Shown here: positions 26,440 to 32,000 of the stretch, one piece after another | How the letters are laid out: each line of letters begins with the position of its first letter | How positions within the stretch are numbered: position 1 is the stretch's first letter | Assembly: GCF_049243625.1 (NCBI RefSeq) | Contig: NZ_CP046975.1 | Strand: one strand, 5' to 3' | From: Corynebacterium amycolatum | GTDB taxonomy: Bacteria > Actinomycetota > Actinomycetes > Mycobacteriales > Mycobacteriaceae | DNA length: 32,000 nt | Notes under the pieces: generated by a model | Databases searched by the model: none | What the model was told of the DNA's origin: nothing | What the model saw: only the letters and a program-made list of their open reading frames with translations | Made by a program: the position numbers and the translations under genes

Positions 26440-26727
26440 ATGCAACCAATTAGGTACAGCTTCGGCGGCATCGACGGTGCTGCGGATGACATTCGTTCCA
26501 CTTCTGGCACTATCAACGGGCTGCTCGGAGATTTGAAGAAGCGCATCGCGCCGATGGTCTCTACGTGGGAGGGTGAGTCTTCGGATTCTTATCAGGAGGC
26601 TCAGCGTGAATGGGACACAGCAGCGGAGGAGCTCAATATGATTCTCACAACTATTGCGGATACTGTCAGCGCAGGTAGTCAGCGAATGGCGGATATTAAC
26701 CGCCGTGCGGCAGCTAGCTGGGGATAG
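26440..26727 (+). CDS. esxA: WXG100 protein, EsxA/ESAT-6-like (ESX-4 EsxT position)
   Basis: 95 aa from ATG 26440: MQPIRYSFGGIDGAADDIRSTSGTINGLLGDLKKRIAPMVSTWEGESSDSYQEAQREW. W-x-G motif in TWEGES. The ORF-track TTG 26422 is less likely. Confidence 0.88.
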   Translation: MQPIRYSFGGIDGAADDIRSTSGTINGLLGDLKKRIAPMVSTWEGESSDSYQEAQREWDTAAEELNMILTTIADTVSAGSQRMADINRRAAASWG

Positions 26728-26849
26728 CTTGGATCCTGGTTGAGGCACTTTTGATTGAGCTATGTAACCGGGGGAGGGGGAGGGCATTTGCTCAATTGAG
26801 ATCCTCAATTAGGTATCTGCCTTTGACGTATTCTTGCTAGCAGCACTCC

Positions 26850-26859
26850 GGGGGGGGGG
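26850..26859 (+). repeat. G10 homopolymer directly 5' of the esx operon terminator
   Basis: CC-GGGGGGGGGG-A, read directly. Intergenic. Confidence 0.9.
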
Positions 26860-26861
26860 AG

Positions 26862-26905
26862 GCCAGTCTCAGCAGTTTGCAGCTGAGACTGGCTTTGGCA
26901 TTTTT
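26862..26905 (+). terminator. Rho-independent terminator of the eccC-esxA transcription unit
   Basis: GCCAGTCTCAGC (26862..26873), loop AGTTTGCA, GCTGAGACTGGC (26882..26893), then TTTGGCATTTTT. The stem is a perfect 12 bp. Confidence 0.8.
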
Positions 26906-26931
26906 GTTCTAGCGCCATCTCAAGGTAAAGT
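26904..26931 (+). promoter_or_regulatory. Candidate sigmaA-type promoter for rplM-rpsI
   Basis: TTGTTC (26904..26909), 16-nt spacer, TAAAGT (26926..26931). It would give a ~110-nt leader containing the palindrome GTGTGCGCACAC. Motif-only call. Confidence 0.25.
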
Positions 26932-27046
26932 AGCCAAACTGTGTGCGCACACGTGAATGTTGCCTCGGGTCTCCACCGGCCGCCGGGGAATAACAACAGT
27001 GTGCACGGTGGCTGGCAAATCTACACGGACCCTAAAAGGAGTCATG

Positions 27047-27490
27047 TTGTCTACTTTCCATCCGAAGGACGGTGACATCGAGCGCAAGTGGTACGTCATC
27101 GACGCTACCGACGTTGTTCTCGGCCGTCTGGCTACTCACGCCGCAGACTTGCTGCGCGGTAAGGGCAAGGCTTACTTCGCCCCTAACGTCGACTGCGGTG
27201 ACCACGTCATCATCATCAACGCCGATAAGGTGCACGTCTCCTCTAACAAGCGGGAACGTGAGATGCGCTACCGCCACTCGGGCTTCCCGGGCGGTCTGAA
27301 GTCGATGACCCTGGGTCGTTCCCTCGAGGTTCACCCGGAGCGCGTTATCGCTGAGGCTATTGAGGGCATGATGCCGCACAACAAGCTTTCGCGTGCGTCC
27401 ATCAAGAAGCTGCACGTCTTCGCCGGCTCCGAGCACCCGTTCGCCGGTCAGAAGCCTGAAAACTACGAGATCAAGGCGGTGGCACAGTGA
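27047..27490 (+). CDS. rplM: 50S ribosomal protein L13
   Basis: [40 protein letters not shown]... From TTG 27047 (RBS AAAGGAG 27035..27041) it gives 147 aa, matching corynebacterial L13, which begins MSTYHPK. ATG 27044 is the alternative. The ORF-track start 26957 is spurious. Confidence 0.96.
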   Translation: MSTFHPKDGDIERKWYVIDATDVVLGRLATHAADLLRGKGKAYFAPNVDCGDHVIIINADKVHVSSNKREREMRYRHSGFPGGLKSMTLGRSLEVHPERVIAEAIEGMMPHNKLSRASIKKLHVFAGSEHPFAGQKPENYEIKAVAQ

Positions 27491-28047
27491 CCAACCCACA
27501 GGACGTCAACGAGAACCAGAACGTAGAGGCCACCGAGGCTTCCTACGATGATGTTCAGGCTGCCGCTGCTGCTGCCACCGAAGAGTTCACCTCTTCCATC
27601 GGCGATGCAGTTGCTACTGAGGTAGAGGCTGAGGCGGCTCCGGCTGCACCGCTGACCCTGGATCGTCCGATTCAGACGGTCGGTCGTCGTAAGCGCGCTG
27701 TCGCCCGCGTCGTTCTGACCGCTGGTTCCGGCAAGATTGTCTGCAACGGCCGCGAGCTCGAGGACTACTTCCCGAACAAGCTGCACCAGCAGGAAATCAA
27801 GGACCCGCTGGTCCTGGTCGAGCGCGAGAGCCAGTTCGACATTAAGGCCAACATCAACGGTGGTGGCCCGTCCGGTCAGGCCGGTGCTCTGCGCCTGGCT
27901 ATCGCTCGTGCCCTGAACGAGTTCAACCCGGAGGAGCGCAGCGTTCTCAAGAAGGCTGGCTTCCTCACCCGCGACGCTCGTGCTGTCGAGCGCAAGAAGG
28001 CTGGTCTGCACAAGGCCCGTCGCGCACCGCAGTACTCCAAGCGTTAA
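27487..28047 (+). CDS. rpsI: 30S ribosomal protein S9 with an acidic ~55-aa N-terminal extension
   Basis: S9 core [34 protein letters not shown]...[19 protein letters not shown]...[20 protein letters not shown] 27487 overlaps the rplM stop (GTGA). Confidence 0.96.
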   Translation: MTNPQDVNENQNVEATEASYDDVQAAAAAATEEFTSSIGDAVATEVEAEAAPAAPLTLDRPIQTVGRRKRAVARVVLTAGSGKIVCNGRELEDYFPNKLHQQEIKDPLVLVERESQFDIKANINGGGPSGQAGALRLAIARALNEFNPEERSVLKKAGFLTRDARAVERKKAGLHKARRAPQYSKR

Positions 28048-28061
28048 GCTTTACTGCTTCG

Positions 28062-28108
28062 AAAAGCACCTCAGTTTGCGTATTACGCGCAAGCCGGGGT
28101 GCTTTTTT
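28062..28108 (+). terminator. Rho-independent terminator after rpsI
   Basis: AAAAGCACC (28062..28070) pairs with GGTGCTTTT (28098..28106), with an inner hairpin TTGCG/CGCAA. The T6 run ends at 28108. Confidence 0.75.
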
Positions 28109-28210
28109 GGGTTAAAGTCCGCCGTGACCAGGCATGGCTGCATTTTTGGGGCAAGCCCCGTACGTTAGACTTTTATCCGTTAAAAACTGCCACGAGAATC
28201 GTTGTTCGCG

Positions 28211-28254
28211 GTGCGATTGCGGTGCGATGGAAGTGCGATTGCAGTGCGATGGGA
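28211..28254 (+). repeat. Four direct repeats of GTGCGAT with exact 11-bp periodicity (equivalently two copies of a 22-bp unit)
   Basis: GTGCGATTGCG / GTGCGATGGAA / GTGCGATTGCA / GTGCGATGGGA, starting at 28211, 28222, 28233 and 28244. The array ends 13 nt before the ATG (28268) of the acyltransferase gene and overlaps its RBS region. Confidence 0.85.
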
Positions 28255-28267
28255 AGAAGGAAACCGT

Positions 28268-30190
28268 ATGGCGGTGAGCACCACAGCCACCAAGACCTCC
28301 GACGTGAAGAGCTCCTCTAACTCGTCTTCGGTGGCGAAGCATCCCTTCCGCATTCGACGCGTACCAGGCATTGATGGGCTGCGCGGTCTGGCCGTTGCCA
28401 CTGTGGTGATCTACCACTACTTCGATAATGTGCTGCCCGGTGGCTACATCGGTGTGGATATCTTTTTCGTGCTCTCCGGATTTCTTATCACTTCGCTTCT
28501 GGTGCGCGAACGCGCGGTCACTGGGCGCATCGATCTAAAGGACTTCTGGCTCCGTCGACTGCGCCGCATCGCCCCGGCTGCGATGTTTGTGCTATTTATT
28601 TCCATCGCCGTCGCAGGTCTGGTTGGCGGTGATCCCGCTGTTGGATTGTCGACGCAGTTTCTCGGCACGGTCTTTTTCGTCAATAACTGGACGCAGATTG
28701 CGGGCTCTCAGTCCTATTTCGCGGATTCTGGTGTGCAGCTGCTAGCCCACTACTGGTCACTGTCGGTAGAGGAGCAGTTCTACTTGCTCTGGCCACTAAT
28801 CTTTGTGGCTCTTCTCGCGCTGAAGCTGGCATCTCGCAAGCTGGCAGCAGTGGCGGGCATTGGCGCGGTTGCTTCTTTCGTGTGGATGGTGTCACTCTAC
28901 GATCCGAAGGTTGACCCCACGCGGGTCTACTACGGCACCGATACTCACGCCTTTGGTCTCCTGTTTGGTGCGGCCCTCGCATTGTGGTTGACGTCGACGT
29001 CGTCACGCGCGGAGGCGGACTCCTGGCCACGCACAGAACCCTTGCTGCGGGATTTCTTTGGCAGTTCTGCCCAGGCTTTCGTAGTGGCCTCGCTGCCGCT
29101 GATTTTCCTGTCGTTGGTTTTGCTGATGATGTCAGATACCGCGTCGGCGACTTACCGCGGTGGGTTGGTGTTCGCGTCGTTGCTGTCGGCGGCGATTCTC
29201 TATCTTGTCGTTCGCGGTGTTTCACCCGTGCGTCAGATTTTTGAGTTCAAGCCACTGTGCTGGCTGGGAAAGATTTCTTTCTCGCTGTACCTGTGGCACT
29301 GGCCGGTCATCGTGCTCATCCGTGAACTGCTGGAGCGCAATGAGGCGATGCAGTATGAGAAACTCGCTGCCTTTGCAGGTATTGCGCTGGCGCTGCTTTT
29401 GGCGAACTGGTCGTACAAGAATGTGGAATCCCCAATTCGCCGGATGGGCTACCGCCGTTGGATGTCGCAGTTTTCGGGCACGCAGTACGCCGGTTCTTGG
29501 AAGCCGCGCGTTGCAGCAGTGCTGGCGTTGGTCGTCGTGGTTGGTGCAGTGGCAGGGATGGCCACGGCGCCGAAGATGACGCGTTTGGAGGCACAGCTAC
29601 AGGAGGCAGCTGAGCGCCGTGCACAGGCACAGAAGGCGGAGGAAGCCGAGTTGGCCAAGCGCGTTATGCCGCGTGGTGACCAGATCACTGCTATCGGCGA
29701 CTCTGTGATGCTCGCCTCGGCGTCCGCGTTGGAGGAGAAGCTGCCCGGCATCTACATCGATGCGGCAGTTTCCCGTGGTTATCCGGCCGCGCCGGAGATT
29801 ATCGCCAGTATGAAGGCGGCGGGTACGCTCGATCCATTCGTTGTGCTGGGGCTTGGTATCAATCAGTCGGCTGCGGCATCGGACGAACACCTGTTGGATG
29901 AGATTCTCGATTCGCTGGGTGAAGACCGCATCATTGTCCTGATTAACCCGTACGGTGATCGCGTGTGGATGCCTCAGTCGGAGAAGGAAGTCCTCGACGC
30001 GGCAAAGAAGCGCGACAATGTCTATGTGGCTGACTGGTGCCATGGTGTGCGTGACGATTTGTCCAAGCTGCGCGCGGACCTTATCCACCCGACCCCGGAT
30101 GGTGCCGAGGTCTATGCCAATGCCGTGGTCGATGCTTTCCAGCAGTATGCGAAGAACAAGAAACGCATTCCGGACACCTGCGGAATCTAA
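28268..30190 (+). CDS. Membrane O-acyltransferase (acyltransferase_3 / OafA-type) fused to a C-terminal SGNH domain
   Basis: The N-terminus IDGLRGLAVATVVIYHY...GYIGVDIFFVLSGFLIT and HYWSLSVEEQFYLLWP are acyltransferase-3 signatures across ~10 TM segments. The C-terminal domain carries the SGNH block I AIGDSVML and block V DLIHPTPDG. ATG 28268 is preferred (RBS AAGGAA) over the ORF-track start 28202, which would translate the repeat array. Confidence 0.9.
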   Translation: MAVSTTATKTSDVKSSSNSSSVAKHPFRIRRVPGIDGLRGLAVATVVIYHYFDNVLPGGYIGVDIFFVLSGFLITSLLVRERAVTGRIDLKDFWLRRLRRIAPAAMFVLFISIAVAGLVGGDPAVGLSTQFLGTVFFVNNWTQIAGSQSYFADSGVQLLAHYWSLSVEEQFYLLWPLIFVALLALKLASRKLAAVAGIGAVASFVWMVSLYDPKVDPTRVYYGTDTHAFGLLFGAALALWLTSTSSRAEADSWPRTEPLLRDFFGSSAQAFVVASLPLIFLSLVLLMMSDTASATYRGGLVFASLLSAAILYLVVRGVSPVRQIFEFKPLCWLGKISFSLYLWHWPVIVLIRELLERNEAMQYEKLAAFAGIALALLLANWSYKNVESPIRRMGYRRWMSQFSGTQYAGSWKPRVAAVLALVVVVGAVAGMATAPKMTRLEAQLQEAAERRAQAQKAEEAELAKRVMPRGDQITAIGDSVMLASASALEEKLPGIYIDAAVSRGYPAAPEIIASMKAAGTLDPFVVLGLGINQSAAASDEHLLDEILDSLGEDRIIVLINPYGDRVWMPQSEKEVLDAAKKRDNVYVADWCHGVRDDLSKLRADLIHPTPDGAEVYANAVVDAFQQYAKNKKRIPDTCGI

Positions 30191-30227
30191 TAAAAATCTA
30201 GTTAGTAGTGTTTCCACGGTAAAGTAA

Positions 30228-31922
30228 GTGGCTGTGGCCAAACAAAAGTCTTCCTCCAGTCACCGCGGATTAAAGATTTTCCTCGGCATCGTCCTCGGTA
30301 TCTTCGCGCTCTTCGGTGTGTTTTACGCTGTCGATTACGTGCTGAATAAGGACCATGTCCCGCGCGGGTCTACCGTTGCGGGGATTGACATCAGCACGCT
30401 GAGCGCGAACCACGCTGAGGCGAAGCTCGAAGAACAGCTCGGTGATCTTTCCACTCATCCAGTGGCGTTGCGTGCCGGCGAGCGCGCGGCGGAGGTTCTG
30501 CCCGAGGAGGCGGGGCTGAGCATCGACTGGGAGAAGACGGTCGCTCAGGCGGGCAAGCAGACGGCGAACCCAGTTACCTGGGTGCGCAGTTTCTTTACTA
30601 CCCGTGAGCTGGATTTGGTCAGCGATATCGATAGCTCTAAGTTCGAACCGCAGGTCGACCGTCTCGTCGGCGAACTGACTATTGCTCCCGTCGATGGCGA
30701 GGTCAAGCTTGTTGACGGCCGCGTGGAAACAACTCCACCGGTCATCGGCCAAGATGTCGACCGCAATGCGGTCAGCGGGGATTTGGCCGCCAAGTGGTTG
30801 TCGCCGGAGGGCATCGATGTGGAGACCACCGCGCACGACCCGGCTATCGGTGAAGATCAGGTTCGTGAGGCAGCTGAGGGAGAGGCCGCCGATGCCGTGT
30901 CGGGTCCGATTGTTGCCAAGGGCCGCGATGGCAAAGATGGTGTAATTCCTCCGGAGCGCATGGCTGAGATCATCAGCTTTGTGCCGCGCGACGGCGGATT
31001 GGCCGCCGATATCAATGTCGACCGCGCACGCGAGATCCTCGAGGAGGGGCTGGCTGCTTCCGAGGTTGATAAGCGCAATGCGTCGATACGCTTCAGCGGT
31101 GGTTCGCGTGAAGTGGTCCCCTCAGTTGATGGCGTAGCCGTGAAGTGGGATGAAACTATGAAGGACTTCGCCGAGCGTGTGACTTCGACGGATAAGCGCG
31201 AGTTCGATGCGGTCTACGAGGACCAGCCCGCCACCTACACCACTGAACAAGCGGAAAGTGCGACCTTCGATGATGTCATTGGTGAGTTCACCACCGGTGG
31301 TTTCAGCTCGGCATCGGGAACAAACATTGCCCTGGTGTCTCAGATGGTCAACGGCGCATTCGTGGCGCCGGGCGATACATTCAGCCTGAACGGCTACACG
31401 GGGCCGCGCGGTACTGCGCAGGGCTTTGTCGAGTCGGGCATCATCCTCAACGGCCATGCGGACAAGGCTGTCGGCGGTGGCATTAGCCAGTTCGCCACTA
31501 CTTTGTACAATGCTTCGTACTTTGCGGGCATGGAGGATGTCGCGCACACTCCGCACAGTTACTACATTTCGCGTTACCCGGCCGGCCGTGAAGCGACGGT
31601 GTACGAGGGCGCAATCGACCTGGCGTTTAAGAACAGTTCCGACACTCCGATTCTTATCGAGGCCGTTACTACTGGCTCCGACGTCACTGTGCGCATCAAG
31701 GGCGTGAAGCGGGTCAACGTCGAGTCCATCAATGGTGGCCGTTGGGCATACACGCAACCGCAGCGCATGCAGGTCAGTGGCAGCTCTTGCCAGCCGTCGT
31801 CGGGTGCGCAGGGTTTTACCACTTCCGACACACGCGTCATTCGGAACCTCTCTGGCGCGGAAATCTCGCGTGAAACTCAGACTACGGTTTATGACCCGCA
31901 GCCAATTGTGTCCTGTGGCTAG
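30228..31922 (+). CDS. VanW-domain (YoaR-like) membrane-anchored cell-envelope protein
   Basis: N-terminal TM (LKIFLGIVLGIFALFGVFYAV). C-terminal VanW-type region: PGDTFSLNGYTGPRGTAQGFVESGIILNGHADKAVGGGISQFATTLYNASYFAGMEDVAHTPHSYYISRYPAGREATV. Confidence 0.85.
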   Translation: MAVAKQKSSSSHRGLKIFLGIVLGIFALFGVFYAVDYVLNKDHVPRGSTVAGIDISTLSANHAEAKLEEQLGDLSTHPVALRAGERAAEVLPEEAGLSIDWEKTVAQAGKQTANPVTWVRSFFTTRELDLVSDIDSSKFEPQVDRLVGELTIAPVDGEVKLVDGRVETTPPVIGQDVDRNAVSGDLAAKWLSPEGIDVETTAHDPAIGEDQVREAAEGEAADAVSGPIVAKGRDGKDGVIPPERMAEIISFVPRDGGLAADINVDRAREILEEGLAASEVDKRNASIRFSGGSREVVPSVDGVAVKWDETMKDFAERVTSTDKREFDAVYEDQPATYTTEQAESATFDDVIGEFTTGGFSSASGTNIALVSQMVNGAFVAPGDTFSLNGYTGPRGTAQGFVESGIILNGHADKAVGGGISQFATTLYNASYFAGMEDVAHTPHSYYISRYPAGREATVYEGAIDLAFKNSSDTPILIEAVTTGSDVTVRIKGVKRVNVESINGGRWAYTQPQRMQVSGSSCQPSSGAQGFTTSDTRVIRNLSGAEISRETQTTVYDPQPIVSCG

Positions 31923-32000
31923 TCTGGATTCGCCTGCGCGACCGGCTAAAGTAATACAGCATTGACAATGCAACAGTCCGCGATACCAAAACTCATAAAC

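Noticed and set aside
28211-28254. Checked whether the GTGCGAT repeat array is a CRISPR array
   Set aside because: The units are 11 bp with no unique spacers of 25-40 bp. There are only four copies and no cas genes nearby. It is a short tandem direct repeat, not CRISPR.

Overview
High-GC actinobacterial chromosomal core region, Corynebacterium-like (Mycobacteriales) by protein similarity and gene order. In order, the window holds: the tail of the spc ribosomal operon (rplR end, rpsE-rpmD-rplO); a BioW-BioF fusion gene inserted on the opposite strand; secY-adk; a lipoprotein gene inserted on the opposite strand; map; infA (no rpmJ after it); the alpha operon (rpsM-rpsK-rpsD-rpoA-rplQ); truA; a 713-aa GT-C-like polytopic membrane protein; and a Cys-containing lipoprotein. 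Next comes a complete ESX-4-type (minimal) type VII secretion locus: a candidate EccE-like gene, eccB, mycP, eccD, eccC, an Rv3446c-family gene and two WXG100 genes. It is followed by rplM-rpsI, an OafA-type acyltransferase-SGNH gene and a VanW-domain gene. I recognised no rRNA, tRNA, CRISPR array, transposase or integrase. The T7SS matches the gene order and strand pattern of M. tuberculosis ESX-4, so it is an orthologue of a described system, not a new one. I did not find a convincing wholly novel system. The points most worth a second look are: (1) the divergent, single-TM EccE-like gene and its 173-nt convergent overlap with the lipoprotein gene; (2) a G-run plus A/T-run initiation motif upstream of six T7SS gene starts, including a G8 homopolymer; (3) G-quadruplex-type motifs and a G10 tract around the esx genes; (4) four copies of an exactly 11-bp-periodic GTGCGAT repeat in front of the acyltransferase gene; (5) the BioW-BioF fusion with a possible BioQ-type operator. 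All calls rest on reading the sequence and the ORF translations. No database search was run.
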